Part shown: positions 26,987 to 38,002 of the stretch, piece after piece
How positions within the stretch are numbered: the stretch's first letter is position 1
Layout of the letters: each line of letters begins with the position of its first letter
Source: an uncultured Flavobacteriales bacterium
GTDB lineage: Bacteria > Bacteroidota > Bacteroidia > Flavobacteriales > BACL11
DNA: 64,000 bases
Reading direction: 5' to 3'
Assembly (NCBI GenBank): GCA_964004625.1
Contig: CAXFOB010000002.1
Coordinates: 510 to 64,509, forward strand
Notes under the pieces: generated by a model
What the model was told of the DNA's origin: nothing
Seen by the model: only the letters and a program-made list of their open reading frames with translations
Databases searched by the model: none
Made by a program: the position numbers and the translations under genes

Positions 26987-28942
26987 TTACTCTATGGTTA
27001 CCTTCTTAATGACACTTCCATCATCATAAATATAAAAATATGTATTATTAGAGGTAGGTATTGATTCTCTTCCCAGAATATCTAAAATTCTTAAAAGTTT
27101 TTTATCATTATATGAATCAACTATATTTGTTGAAACATATTCACAAGGGATATCTAGTTGTATATTATAATAAAAATAATAATATCCAGGCTGACTAGCA
27201 CTAGAACCTGTTATTGACATTACAGAACTAATATTATATGGATATGAAGCTCCTTGATCGTTTCTAAAAAGACCACTATTTCCAGAGGATATTCCAAGTT
27301 GAAGGCCATTAGAAATAGGTGTTTCAAAATTTAACTGAAGTGTTTGATTTCCAGCTGAAACAAAATGAGTTGTATCATCAAGTACAATACCATTACTATT
27401 TCTTAATTCAAATGTAATTAATTTTGGACTTTCAGCATAAAACTCTGCTGATTTAATGTTAAAATTTGTATAAGAATCAAAAATCAAATGTTGATCTCCA
27501 TTAAAATAATCTCCAGAATTAAATGAGTTATTTAACTCACCACCAAATAGAGTAGATATATTAGCTAAAGGATTAAAATTAGACGCATTGGAATCTTGAC
27601 AACCTAATATTGGTAATGAATTATCAATATTCAAAACCGCATCTAAATATGTGATTTGACCATTTACCATTATAGCTTGAAGAGTGTCTGAAATATATCC
27701 AAACTTTGAAAAAACAACATCATAAACTCCAGAATCTGCATTACCAGTGGTATAACTTCCTAAAATATCTGTACTTGAGAGATTTGGAATAACAGTATTT
27801 AAAATAACAACATTAACACCAGATATTATTTGATTATTCAAATCTGTAACATTACCTTGTAAGTAACACGCTTGAGAAAATCCTCTTTCAAGTAATAACA
27901 ATCTTCCATTTCCATTGCTAGCAGAATTTATATCTGAAGAAATAATAAGTCCAGAAGGAAGGTAAGGAAATGTTCCCCAGCAACCATCAAAACCATTACC
28001 GCTACCTAAATATGAATCATAATTCGCTACTTCAACTAAATTATTAGGAAAAGTTGCATCATGAACAACAGTTCCATCTCTATACCAAGAAGTTACAAGA
28101 AAATTACCATCAACATGAGTATTATGTGGAACTGAATTTGATTCAGGATTAGATTGTATCCTGTCAACTTCTTGAATATTATTCATATCAGTAATATCAT
28201 ATGCTCCAATGTATGAATCAGCTTGTTCATCAGTAGTAAACACAAAATCACCATCATCTGAAACCCAAATATTGTGAGTAAATTGATTTGGAGTTGGATG
28301 ATGACCTAAAACTTGAGGATTTGATTTATTAGAAACATCAACTGAGTAAAATTCTCCTTCGTAAATACATCCAGCCCATAGGGTATCACCTCTAACCATA
28401 CCATCATGAATATAGTAATCATCCCATGTACCTAAATAAGAAGGGCTCATAGGATTTGTTGTAACATCTAAAAAAATAACACCACCATTTCCTTCATCAG
28501 ATCCAAAAATATAAGCAACTCCATTTTCATCCATGTATATATTATGAGCCGTATTAAAAAAGTTTGTAAAATTTACATATGTTTGACCTGTTAGATCATT
28601 TAAATCTACAATAAGTAATCCATCGCCACCTTCATTGATTACATATGCGTAATTTTCCCATGTTTTAATATCTCTCCATGTGGTGTTAGCTCCAGGAATA
28701 AAGAAAACTTCAGTTGGATTTTGAGGATTTGACAATTCAACTACGGAAAATCCTGTATTTAAACCAACTAGTGCGTACTCAACTCCGGTAGATGTATTTC
28801 TCCATCCCCAAATATCAGAACCTTCACTATCATAACTCAATCCATTCCAATCAAATTCACCAACCAAATTTAAGTTATAATTAGACTGAGAATAGACTAA
28901 AAAAGGTAAAAAAATTAAGGTGATCAAGATTTTTTTTATCAT
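26987..28942 (-). CDS. secreted LVIVD-repeat (choice-of-anchor B-like) beta-propeller protein with CarboxypepD_reg-like domain and T9SS C-terminal sorting domain
   Basis: Signal peptide; LLIVDLND / GVIFLDVT LVIVD-type repeats; a GNVTD..GV.V regulatory-like domain; a C-terminal ~80 aa beta-rich tail ending DDGSVIKKVTIE. Confidence 0.6.
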   Translation of the reverse strand: MIKKILITLIFLPFLVYSQSNYNLNLVGEFDWNGLSYDSEGSDIWGWRNTSTGVEYALVGLNTGFSVVELSNPQNPTEVFFIPGANTTWRDIKTWENYAYVINEGGDGLLIVDLNDLTGQTYVNFTNFFNTAHNIYMDENGVAYIFGSDEGNGGVIFLDVTTNPMSPSYLGTWDDYYIHDGMVRGDTLWAGCIYEGEFYSVDVSNKSNPQVLGHHPTPNQFTHNIWVSDDGDFVFTTDEQADSYIGAYDITDMNNIQEVDRIQSNPESNSVPHNTHVDGNFLVTSWYRDGTVVHDATFPNNLVEVANYDSYLGSGNGFDGCWGTFPYLPSGLIISSDINSASNGNGRLLLLERGFSQACYLQGNVTDLNNQIISGVNVVILNTVIPNLSSTDILGSYTTGNADSGVYDVVFSKFGYISDTLQAIMVNGQITYLDAVLNIDNSLPILGCQDSNASNFNPLANISTLFGGELNNSFNSGDYFNGDQHLIFDSYTNFNIKSAEFYAESPKLITFELRNSNGIVLDDTTHFVSAGNQTLQLNFETPISNGLQLGISSGNSGLFRNDQGASYPYNISSVMSITGSSASQPGYYYFYYNIQLDIPCEYVSTNIVDSYNDKKLLRILDILGRESIPTSNNTYFYIYDDGSVIKKVTIE

Positions 28943-28956
28943 AATTTTATTTTTGG

Positions 28957-28964
28957 CAAATTTA
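28957..28964 (-). promoter_or_regulatory. putative -7 promoter box (TAAATTTG) for the LVIVD-repeat gene
   Basis: Exact TAnnTTTG match on the minus strand, 14 nt upstream of the ATG at 28942. Confidence 0.5.
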
Positions 28965-29001
28965 AATATAAAAAGTTATATAATAGGAAAAAGTCCATGT
29001 T

Positions 29002-31695
29002 TTATAAATCAAGTGTTATTTGTTGTGCTCCTTCGTCTGAAATATTGGGATTTTTAGTGGTTTCTTTTGTTTTATCAATCTTTTTCTCAATAATTTTTTC
29101 TAATTCAACAGATTCAATTATTGAATTTTCATCTAAGTTAGTATTTGTGGTTTTTGACTGAATATCCTCACCAATTCCTGATATTTCTTGTTCTTCATAA
29201 GGTAAGGATTTTAACCAATTCATTTTTTTGACTTTTTTGTTTGTTAACTTATTACCTAAAGATTTCCATCCTTTTATCGATATAAATTCCTCTAAATCAA
29301 TCTTTTCTGACTTTCTTTCTTTTCCTTTTTCTTTTACAAAAACCACCTCAACCATAGGTCTGAAATCAGTTGAAACTAATTTCAATTCAGAATCTTTATG
29401 GTCACCAATAAATGAATATTTGCCCTCAGAAATATCGGTAGTTAAAAATCTCTTCACAAAATAAGATTGTTTGTTTCCATTATAATATATAACTGAAACT
29501 GGTTTTTTAGAATTTAACTTTTCTAAAACAATCATATCATCATCAAAATGAGTAGCAAGTTCAGTGTTTAAAAGTTGAATTTCTCCTTTCTGATTTATAG
29601 TAAGTAACCTGTCTTCTGCTTGAAATTCTCCTAGTAATTCTCCTCTTTCTTCTACATTTAATCTTTTTATAGTGTCATCAAACCAAATTTTACGAGCAGA
29701 AAGGGTAGATACTCCTTCTGATTTTAATTCGATATTCTTAATAGGATTCTTGGTTAAAATATTTCCTCCAGAACTTCTTCCTTTTATAGCAATATCTGAA
29801 AAATCAGCATCAAACCTTAATTTTTTTAGTTTTTGTAATGCTCTTAAATTTACAGCAACAACCTCTGCTTCTCCATTTGGATTAGATGTAAAGTACAAAA
29901 CTTTACTTCCTTTTTCTGTTTTACACAAACTATAATCTTTATTTCTGGTGACTCCTGTTACTGAGAACCTTTTAATATAATTGATAGATTTACCTCCATC
30001 TTTATAAATCATATTATACACTGTTCTCTTGTCTTTCTTTTTAAACACTGCACAATGTATAATATCCTTCCCCATAAAAACCTTAGATCCTACTTTAGAA
30101 ACCATAAATGTACCATCCTTTTTAAATGCAATTATATCATCAATATCCGAGCAATCTGAAACAAATTCGTCTTTTCGCAAAGTAGTACCAATAAACCCTT
30201 CTTCTCTATTTACATAAAGTCTTTTGTTAGCTACCACTACCTTACTTGCCACAATATTCTCAAACGTTTTTATCTCTGTTTTTCGTTCCCTTCCTTTACC
30301 GTATTTTGTTTTTAGTTCTTTAAAATAATTTATAGCATAGTCTACCAAATTAGTTAAACTATGTTTTATTTCTTTAATTTTTTCTTCTAATTTGAGTAAC
30401 TCTTCTTCTGATTTATTTAAGTCAAACTTGGTAATTCTCTTTATTTTTATCTCAGTAAGCCTTAGAACATCTTCATTAGTTACCTCTCTGAGCAAATGAG
30501 ATATGTGTGGTTTTAATCCTTTATGAATAGTGGATATCACCATATCCCAATCTTCTAATTCCTCTATCTGATGATAAATTCTGTTTTCAATAAAAATACG
30601 TTCTAAAGAAGCGAAATGCCATTTTTCTTGTAACTCTTGTAGATTAATTTCTAGTTCTTTTTTTAATAAATCTATAGTATGTTGAGTAGATAATTGTAAC
30701 ATTTCTGAAACTCCAATAAACTGAGGCTTATCATTATCTATAACACAAGCAAGAGGAGAAATAGAAAGTTCACAATCTGTAAAACTATAAAGAGCATCTA
30801 TAGTTTTATCTGGAGAAATTCCTGTTGGTAATGTAATTGCAATTTCTACATTTTCAGAGGTATTGTCTTCAACTTTCTTTATTTTTATTTTACCCTTATC
30901 ATTTGCTTTTAAAATAGAGTTAATCAAGCTTGTAGTAGTCGTAGAAAAAGGAATCTCTGTTATATGTAAGGTGTTCTTATCAATCTGAGAGATTCTTGAT
31001 CTAATCCTAACCTTCCCTCCTCTTTTCCCGTCATTATAGTCTGAAAAATCTGCCATCCCTCCCGACTGAAAATCAGGAAAAATTCTTGGTTTTACACCTT
31101 TAAGAATTTTTACAGAAGCATCTATTAATTCATTAAAATTATGTGGCATTATTTTAGTAGAAAGACCAACCGCAATACCTTCTACACCATGCATTAACAA
31201 CAATGGAAACTTAATTGGAAGTGTTACAGGTTCTTTTCCTCTACCGTCATATGATGAAATCCATTCTGTAATCTTATTATTAAAGACAACGTCTAAAGCA
31301 AACTTAGTAAGTCTGACCTCAATATATCTAGGAGCTGCCGCTCTATCTCCAGTAGAAATATTACCCCAATTTCCTTGCATGTCTAGCAATAGATTCTTAT
31401 TACCTATCTGAACCATAGCATCTCCAATAGAAGCATCTCCATGAGGATGGTATTTCATAGTGTGTCCTATTACATTTGCTACTTTATGATATCTTCCGTC
31501 ATCTAATTGTTTAAGAGAATGAAGAATTCTTCTTTGTACAGGTTTAAGTCCATCCTGGATATAAGGAACCGAGCGCTCTAAAATAACATAAGAGGCATAA
31601 TCCAAAAACCAGTTTTTGTACATTCCTGAAACATGAATTACATTTTCTTGTTGTTCCGAATGGCTATCTTGTTCTATATTTTGTTCTTCTGACAT
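29002..31695 (-). CDS. parC: DNA topoisomerase IV subunit A
   Basis: Type IIA A-subunit blocks (DGLKPVQRRIL, HPHGD, catalytic AAPRYIE region). It sits directly downstream of a short B subunit. ParC versus GyrA was judged from gene pairing and size. Confidence 0.8.
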   Translation of the reverse strand: MSEEQNIEQDSHSEQQENVIHVSGMYKNWFLDYASYVILERSVPYIQDGLKPVQRRILHSLKQLDDGRYHKVANVIGHTMKYHPHGDASIGDAMVQIGNKNLLLDMQGNWGNISTGDRAAAPRYIEVRLTKFALDVVFNNKITEWISSYDGRGKEPVTLPIKFPLLLMHGVEGIAVGLSTKIMPHNFNELIDASVKILKGVKPRIFPDFQSGGMADFSDYNDGKRGGKVRIRSRISQIDKNTLHITEIPFSTTTTSLINSILKANDKGKIKIKKVEDNTSENVEIAITLPTGISPDKTIDALYSFTDCELSISPLACVIDNDKPQFIGVSEMLQLSTQHTIDLLKKELEINLQELQEKWHFASLERIFIENRIYHQIEELEDWDMVISTIHKGLKPHISHLLREVTNEDVLRLTEIKIKRITKFDLNKSEEELLKLEEKIKEIKHSLTNLVDYAINYFKELKTKYGKGRERKTEIKTFENIVASKVVVANKRLYVNREEGFIGTTLRKDEFVSDCSDIDDIIAFKKDGTFMVSKVGSKVFMGKDIIHCAVFKKKDKRTVYNMIYKDGGKSINYIKRFSVTGVTRNKDYSLCKTEKGSKVLYFTSNPNGEAEVVAVNLRALQKLKKLRFDADFSDIAIKGRSSGGNILTKNPIKNIELKSEGVSTLSARKIWFDDTIKRLNVEERGELLGEFQAEDRLLTINQKGEIQLLNTELATHFDDDMIVLEKLNSKKPVSVIYYNGNKQSYFVKRFLTTDISEGKYSFIGDHKDSELKLVSTDFRPMVEVVFVKEKGKERKSEKIDLEEFISIKGWKSLGNKLTNKKVKKMNWLKSLPYEEQEISGIGEDIQSKTTNTNLDENSIIESVELEKIIEKKIDKTKETTKNPNISDEGAQQITLDL

Positions 31696-31740
31696 TCGTT
31701 TGTCTTAATTATGTTATTATGTAATAAAATTTGATTCATT

Positions 31741-33585
31741 CTAAATTTCAATATCTCCCTCAACCCTTAAATTTTCAATAATAAACTTTTGTCTATCAGG
31801 AGTGTTTTTTCCCATAAAAAACCCTAATATCTCTTGAATTTTTGATTCCTTTCCTAATATTACAGGATCTAATCTCATATCCTTTCCGATAAAGTATTTA
31901 AATTCATTTGGTGAAATTTCTCCTAATCCTTTAAATCTAGTAATTTCTGGAGATTTTCCAATCTTATCTATTGCTTCTTGTTTTTCTTCATTAGAATAAC
32001 AATAGAATGTTTCTTTTTTGTTTCTGACTCTAAATAGCGGAGTTTCTAGTACATAAACGTGACCTTCTTTTACAAGTTCAGGAAAGAATTGCAAAAAGAA
32101 AGTAATTAGTAATAACCTAATGTGCATTCCATCTACATCAGCATCTGTTGCAATAACTATCTTATTATACCTGAGTTCATCAATACCTTGTTCAATATTA
32201 AGAGCGGCTTGTAATAAATTAAATTCTTCATTTTCGTATACTACTTTCTTAGAAAGTCCAAAAGAATTTAACGGTTTACCTCTTAACGAAAACACTGCTT
32301 GAGTTTTTATGTCTCTAGTTTTAGTTATAGAACCAGAAGCAGAATCTCCTTCTGTAATAAAAATAGTAGTTTCATATCGTTCTTCTTTTTTTAAGTCATT
32401 ATAATGGACTCTACAATCCCTAAGTTTTTTGTTATGAAGATTTGCTTTTTTTGCACGTTCTTTAGCGAGTTTTTTTACTCCAGCCATAGCCTTTCTTTCA
32501 TGCTCAGCTTGTTTTATCTTCTTTTCTATGATTTCTGCAACATTAGTGTTTCGATGGAGATAATTATCTAATTCCCTCTTTAAAAAATCATTCACATATG
32601 AACGAACAGTAACTCCATCTGGTTCCATCTCTGAAGATCCTAATTTAGTTTTGGTTTGTGACTCAAATACTGGTTCAATAATCTTAATACTGATAGCTGC
32701 ATTTATCGCTTGCCGTATATCGGAAGGATCGTAATTTTTCCCGAAATATTCTCTAATTGTCTTAACTAAAGCCTCTCTAAAAGATAACTGATGAGTTCCT
32801 CCTTGTACAGTATGTTGTCCATTTACAAAGGAGTAATACTGTTCGGAATATTGATTTTTACAATGAGTGATTGCTACTTCTATATCCTCTCCTTTTAAAT
32901 GAATAATAGGATACAGCATTTCAGCTTCTGTATTTTGATCCAATAGGTCAAACAGTCCATTTTCTGAATAAAATTTTTCTCCGTTATAAATTATTGTTAA
33001 ACCAGGGTTTAGGTAACAATAATTCCACATCATTTTCTCAATATACTCGTTTAAAAAGCGATACTTTCCAAATAAATCTACATCTGGAATAAAACTTACT
33101 TTAGTACCTTTTCTGGAGGTGTTTTCTTGTATATCTTCATCATTTACAACACTCCCCTTTTCAAACTCTACAAATTTACTTTTACCATCTCTTATAGATC
33201 GAATACAAAAATAAGATGAAAGTGCATTTGCTGCTTTGGTTCCTACTCCATTAAGTCCTACCGATTTCTTAAATACCTTAGAATCGTATTTCGCACCTGT
33301 ATTTATTTTAGAAACACAATCAATAACTTTTCCTAAGGGTATCCCTCTACCATAATCTCTAACAGAAACTTTATTGTTTTTAACAGAAACCTCTATTGTT
33401 TTTCCATTCCCCATCACAAACTCATCTATGGAGTTATCAATAACTTCTTTAAGTAAAATATACACTCCATCATCTGGTGAAGAGCCATTTCCCATTTTAC
33501 CAATATACATACCTGGTCGTAAACGGATATGTTCTTTCCAATCTAACGACCGAATACTATCTTCATTATATTCCTCTTGTGCCAT
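31741..33585 (-). CDS. parE: DNA topoisomerase IV subunit B
   Basis: GHKL ATPase N-domain ([18 protein letters not shown]) and Toprim ([15 protein letters not shown]). At 614 aa it lacks the long GyrB insertion. Confidence 0.8.
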   Translation of the reverse strand: MAQEEYNEDSIRSLDWKEHIRLRPGMYIGKMGNGSSPDDGVYILLKEVIDNSIDEFVMGNGKTIEVSVKNNKVSVRDYGRGIPLGKVIDCVSKINTGAKYDSKVFKKSVGLNGVGTKAANALSSYFCIRSIRDGKSKFVEFEKGSVVNDEDIQENTSRKGTKVSFIPDVDLFGKYRFLNEYIEKMMWNYCYLNPGLTIIYNGEKFYSENGLFDLLDQNTEAEMLYPIIHLKGEDIEVAITHCKNQYSEQYYSFVNGQHTVQGGTHQLSFREALVKTIREYFGKNYDPSDIRQAINAAISIKIIEPVFESQTKTKLGSSEMEPDGVTVRSYVNDFLKRELDNYLHRNTNVAEIIEKKIKQAEHERKAMAGVKKLAKERAKKANLHNKKLRDCRVHYNDLKKEERYETTIFITEGDSASGSITKTRDIKTQAVFSLRGKPLNSFGLSKKVVYENEEFNLLQAALNIEQGIDELRYNKIVIATDADVDGMHIRLLLITFFLQFFPELVKEGHVYVLETPLFRVRNKKETFYCYSNEEKQEAIDKIGKSPEITRFKGLGEISPNEFKYFIGKDMRLDPVILGKESKIQEILGFFMGKNTPDRQKFIIENLRVEGDIEI

Positions 33586-33629
33586 TTAAAGTATATTATT
33601 AATTTCTACTACTTAAAAAAAGTAGATAG

Positions 33630-33637
33630 CAAATATA
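33630..33637 (-). promoter_or_regulatory. putative -7 promoter box (TATATTTG) for parE-parC
   Basis: Exact TAnnTTTG match on the minus strand, 44 nt upstream of the ATG at 33585. Confidence 0.45.
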
Positions 33638-33723
33638 ACATACTCCTATTTTAATTTATGAAATTTGAATAATTTAGAAATCGTGTTATCAACATTTTTT
33701 CAACCAAGAAAATCAGAGGGACT

Positions 33724-34821
33724 TTACACGTTAAATAAGAAATGCATTACATCTCCATCCTCTACAACATAATCCTTTCCTTGAACCTTCATTTTTCCAG
33801 ATTCCTTACACGCAAGCTCAGATTCTAAACTATTAAAATCAGAGTAAGAGATAACTTCTGCTCTAATAAATCCTTTTTCGAAATCAGTATGTATTACTCC
33901 TGCAGCTTGAGGAGCCTTCATTCCTTTTGTAATGGTCCAAGCTCTAACTTCTTTTTTTCCTGCAGTAAAATAAGTTTGTAAATTCAATAGTTTGTAGGTA
34001 GCTTGTATTAAATGATGAACGCCAGGTTTATCTAATCCCATTTCTTCCAAAAAAATTTGTCGCTCTTCTAAGTCCTCCAATTCTGTAATTTCAGACTCTA
34101 TAGCAGTTGCAATTAGTAATATTTCAGCATCTTCTGTTTTCACTGCTTCTCTAACTGCATCTACATGTATGTTTCCTGATTTCATTGCGTTTTCATCCAC
34201 ATTACAAACATACAGTATTGGTTTTGAAGTTAGTAAATGTAAGTCCTCTACCGCCTCCAAATCACTTTCGTTTGTATCCAAACTACGAGCAGAATTACCT
34301 CCCTCCAAATGATAAATATATTTCTCCAAACTTGCAATAATCTTTTGAGCATCCTTATTTCCAGAATTAGCAATTTTTAAGTGTTTTTCTCTTTTCTTTT
34401 CTAGTGTTTCTAAATCTTTTATTTGCAACTCAAAATCAATAGTTTCTTTGTCTCTAACCGGATCTATAGTTCCATCAACATGCACAATATTATCATTCTC
34501 AAAACACCTTAAAACATGAATAATAGCATTGGTTTCACGGATGTTTGCTAAGAATTTATTTCCTAAACCCTCTCCTTTACTTGCTCCTTTTACAAGACCG
34601 GCAATATCTACAATCTCTACTGTTGTAGGTTGAACTTTTTCAGGATCTACCAATTCTGCTAATCTATTTAATCTATCGTCCGGAACGGTAATTACCCCCA
34701 CATTTGGCTCTATGGTACAAAAAGGATAATTAGCTGATTGTGCTTTTGCTTTTGATAAACAATTAAAAAGAGTAGATTTACCTACATTTGGTAAACCAAC
34801 TATACCACATTGTAATGCCAT
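33724..34821 (-). CDS. ychF: redox-regulated ATPase YchF
   Basis: GIVGLPNVGKSTLFN, DIAGLV.GAS.GEGLGN.FL, and the C-terminal TGS domain ending DGDVMHFLFNV. Confidence 0.95.
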   Translation of the reverse strand: MALQCGIVGLPNVGKSTLFNCLSKAKAQSANYPFCTIEPNVGVITVPDDRLNRLAELVDPEKVQPTTVEIVDIAGLVKGASKGEGLGNKFLANIRETNAIIHVLRCFENDNIVHVDGTIDPVRDKETIDFELQIKDLETLEKKREKHLKIANSGNKDAQKIIASLEKYIYHLEGGNSARSLDTNESDLEAVEDLHLLTSKPILYVCNVDENAMKSGNIHVDAVREAVKTEDAEILLIATAIESEITELEDLEERQIFLEEMGLDKPGVHHLIQATYKLLNLQTYFTAGKKEVRAWTITKGMKAPQAAGVIHTDFEKGFIRAEVISYSDFNSLESELACKESGKMKVQGKDYVVEDGDVMHFLFNV

Positions 34822-34842
34822 AAATTCTATTTTTTAGGTCGG

Positions 34843-34850
34843 CAAATATA
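34843..34850 (-). promoter_or_regulatory. putative -7 promoter box (TATATTTG) for ychF
   Basis: Exact TAnnTTTG match on the minus strand, 21 nt upstream of the ATG at 34821. Confidence 0.5.
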
Positions 34851-34965
34851 AGTATTCTAAAATCATAAATAATGAACTAAAATTATTATTAGAATTATCA
34901 ACAATACGTTAATAAAATAGCGTTCAATCCATATATTTAAATTCCATTTTTCCTCTCTATTAATT

Positions 34966-34973
34966 TATATTTG
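34966..34973 (+). promoter_or_regulatory. putative -7 promoter box (TATATTTG) for the split transketolase operon
   Basis: Exact TAnnTTTG match 25 nt upstream of the ATG at 34999. Confidence 0.5.
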
Positions 34974-34998
34974 CTTCTCATTTTAAAACATACATTAA

Positions 34999-35844
34999 AT
35001 GACAGATATTCCACATTTAGAGAATATAACAACTCAAGTAAGAAGAGATATTGTACGAATGGTACATGCTAACAGCTCTGGTCACCCAGGTGGTAGTTTG
35101 GGATGTTCAGAATTATTAGTTGCATTATATTTTAAAATCATGAACCATAACAAAGATTTTTGTATGGATGGAATTGGGGAGGATATCTTTTACCTTTCCA
35201 ATGGTCATATTTCTCCAGTTTGGTATTCTGTACTTGCTAGAAGTGGTTATTTTCCAGTTTCTGAACTTTCTACCTTCCGAAAAATAAATAGTAGACTACA
35301 AGGACATCCTGCAACTCATGAAAGATTAGAAGGAATCAGAATAGCTTCTGGTAGTTTAGGTCAGGGACTTTCAGTTGCTATAGGAACATGTTTGGCAAAA
35401 AAACTAAATAATGACAACTCCATTGTTTATACCTTACATGGAGATGGAGAATTACAAGAAGGTCAAAATTGGGAAGCTATTATGTATGCTTCTGCTAATA
35501 AAGTAGATAACATTATCGCTACTATTGATTACAATAAAAAACAAATTGACGGAAGCTTAGATAATGTTTTGAATATGGGAGATTTAAAAGCAAAATTCGA
35601 ATCTTTTGGATGGATGGTTTTTGAAGAAGAAAGAGGAAACGATATGGAATCTGTATTAAATGTATTGAATGCTGCCAAAGCAGAAACAAAGAAAGGAAAA
35701 CCAATTGTAATTTTACTATATACAGAGATGGGGAACGGAGTAGATTTCATGATGGGGACACATAAATGGCACGGTTCTGCACCAAATGACGAACAATTAG
35801 AAATTGCATTAAATCAGAATGAAGAAACTTTAGGAGATTACTAA
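34999..35844 (+). CDS. transketolase, N-terminal (TPP pyrophosphate-binding) subunit
   Basis: SGHPGGSLG, GSLGQGLS, GDGELQEGQNWEA motifs. Its 281 aa length is typical of the split form. Confidence 0.9.
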   Translation: MTDIPHLENITTQVRRDIVRMVHANSSGHPGGSLGCSELLVALYFKIMNHNKDFCMDGIGEDIFYLSNGHISPVWYSVLARSGYFPVSELSTFRKINSRLQGHPATHERLEGIRIASGSLGQGLSVAIGTCLAKKLNNDNSIVYTLHGDGELQEGQNWEAIMYASANKVDNIIATIDYNKKQIDGSLDNVLNMGDLKAKFESFGWMVFEEERGNDMESVLNVLNAAKAETKKGKPIVILLYTEMGNGVDFMMGTHKWHGSAPNDEQLEIALNQNEETLGDY

Positions 35845-35863
35845 TATTATATCAGGATTTATT

Positions 35864-36799
35864 ATGGAAATGAAAGATACAAGATCAGGGTTTGGGGCTG
35901 GATTAACAGAACTAGGAAAAACGAATGAAAATGTAGTAGCACTTTGTGCTGATTTAACAGGATCTCTTAAAATGGGAGATTTTGCAAATAATCACCCAGA
36001 TAGATTTTTTCAAATTGGTATAGCAGAAGCAAATATGATAGGAATAGCAGCTGGACTAACGGTTGGAGGTAAAATTCCTTTTACTGGTACTTTTGCGAAC
36101 TTCTCTACTGCTAGGGTATACGACCAAATCAGGCAATCTGTATCTTATTCTGGGAAAAATGTAAAAATTTGCGCATCTCACGCGGGACTTACACTTGGTG
36201 AAGATGGTGCTACACACCAAACATTAGAAGATATTGGAATGATGAAAATGCTCCCTAATATGATAGTTATTAACACTTGTGATTTCAACCAAACAAAAGC
36301 TGCAACTATTGCCATAGCTGATTATGAAGGGCCTGTTTATTTAAGATTTGGAAGACCTAAAGTTCCTAATTTCACTCCAGAAAATCAGAAATTTGAAATT
36401 GGGAAAGCTATTCATTTAGAAGAAGGAGGAGATGTGAGTGTTTTTGCGACAGGACATTTAGTATGGCCCGCATTAGAAGCTGCTCAATCACTTAAAGAAG
36501 AAGGAATATCTGTAGAAGTAATTAATATACACACCATAAAACCATTAGACAAAGATGCAATCTTAGAATCTGTAAGAAAAACAAAATGTGTTGTTACTGC
36601 AGAGGAACACCAAATGAATGGAGGACTAGGAGATAGTATCGCTCAACTACTTAGTAGAGAATTACCAACTGCTCTAGAAATGGTAGCGGTAAATGACAGT
36701 TATGGAGAAAGTGGAGCTCCTATGAAACTAATGGAAAAATATGGACTAACTTCTAAAGACATCATAAATTCTGTTAAAAAAGCAATAGACAGAAAATAA
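35864..36799 (+). CDS. transketolase, C-terminal (pyrimidine-binding) subunit
   Basis: IAEANMIGIAAG, GEDGATHQ..EDI, and a C-terminal domain with TAEEH..GGLG. Confidence 0.9.
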   Translation: MEMKDTRSGFGAGLTELGKTNENVVALCADLTGSLKMGDFANNHPDRFFQIGIAEANMIGIAAGLTVGGKIPFTGTFANFSTARVYDQIRQSVSYSGKNVKICASHAGLTLGEDGATHQTLEDIGMMKMLPNMIVINTCDFNQTKAATIAIADYEGPVYLRFGRPKVPNFTPENQKFEIGKAIHLEEGGDVSVFATGHLVWPALEAAQSLKEEGISVEVINIHTIKPLDKDAILESVRKTKCVVTAEEHQMNGGLGDSIAQLLSRELPTALEMVAVNDSYGESGAPMKLMEKYGLTSKDIINSVKKAIDRK

Positions 36800-37983
36800 T
36801 GTCCACTTCCAAAGATATATTTAAAAAACACCAAGCACAAACCTTCCCATTTCCATCTTGTTTAGAAGTAGCATCTGCAAAAGGAAGTTATATCACAGAT
36901 GTAAATGGAAAACAATATCTGGATTTTATTGCGGGAGTTTCTGCAAATACACTAGGTCACTCACACCCCATCATCAATAATGCGTTAAAAGAACAATTAG
37001 AAAAATACAGTCATGTTATGGTATATGGAGAATATATTCAATCTCCACAATATAAATTAGCACATCTTTTATCCGAAAATCTTCCTGAAAAATTAAACAC
37101 CACATACTTTGTTAATTCTGGAGCAGAAGCGGTTGAAGGAGCTATGAAACTTGCAAAAAGAGTAACGAGAAGAGCAGAAATAATTTCCTGTAAAGACTCC
37201 TATCACGGATCCACACATGGAGCACTTTCCATCATGGGAAATGAAGAGCAAAAAGCAAGTTATCGTCCTTTATTACCAAATTGTCATACAATTACATATA
37301 ACTCAGTCGAGAGTATTAACAAAATATCCAATAAAACTGCTGCAGTTATATTAGAGATAGTACAAGGAGGAACGGGATTTATTACTCCAAAAAATAACTT
37401 CTTACAGAAAATAAGAGAAAGGTGTAATAAAACAGGAACACTCCTAATTTTTGATGAAATACAAACATGCTTTGGAAGATTGGGAACTCTTTTTGGGTTT
37501 GAGAAATATGATGTTTTACCAGATATTTTGTGTATTGCAAAAGGAATGGGAGCAGGAATGCCAATTGGAGCATTTATCTCTTCTTATGAATTAATGAACT
37601 TATTGACTTTTGAACCAAGGTTAGGACACATTACAACCTTTGGAGGACATCCAGTAAATTGTGCGGCTAGTCTTGCTTGTTTACAACATTTACTTAATTC
37701 GGAAATAATGAAAGAAATTGAGAAAAAGGAAGAAGTGTTCCGAACTCATTTAACACATCCAAAAATAAAAGAAATTAGAGGAGAAGGACTTATACTTTCT
37801 GTAGAACTTGAAGATGAAGGACTTACTAAAAAAGTAGTAGAACAATCCTTGCAAAATGGACTCATCTTATTCTACTTTTTGTTTACTAAAACTTCTTTTA
37901 GGATTACTCCACCTTTAACTATATCTGAAGATGAAATAATAAAAGGTTGTCAAATAATTACTGAAATTTTAAATAAATATTAG
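36799..37983 (+). CDS. class III (acetylornithine/GABA-type) PLP-dependent aminotransferase
   Basis: NSGAEAVEGA.KLA, DEIQTCFGR.G, PDI.CIAKG.G.GMPIGA (PLP lysine region). The ATG overlaps the transketolase stop (TAATG). Confidence 0.8.
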   Translation: MSTSKDIFKKHQAQTFPFPSCLEVASAKGSYITDVNGKQYLDFIAGVSANTLGHSHPIINNALKEQLEKYSHVMVYGEYIQSPQYKLAHLLSENLPEKLNTTYFVNSGAEAVEGAMKLAKRVTRRAEIISCKDSYHGSTHGALSIMGNEEQKASYRPLLPNCHTITYNSVESINKISNKTAAVILEIVQGGTGFITPKNNFLQKIRERCNKTGTLLIFDEIQTCFGRLGTLFGFEKYDVLPDILCIAKGMGAGMPIGAFISSYELMNLLTFEPRLGHITTFGGHPVNCAASLACLQHLLNSEIMKEIEKKEEVFRTHLTHPKIKEIRGEGLILSVELEDEGLTKKVVEQSLQNGLILFYFLFTKTSFRITPPLTISEDEIIKGCQIITEILNKY

Positions 37984-38002
37984 TATATTTAAGTATGTAT
38001 CT

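Noticed and set aside
33607-33626. The hairpin CTACTT-AAAAA-AAGTAG downstream of ychF.
   Set aside because: It is a 6-bp stem without a following U tract on the minus transcript. It might contribute to termination but is not convincing.
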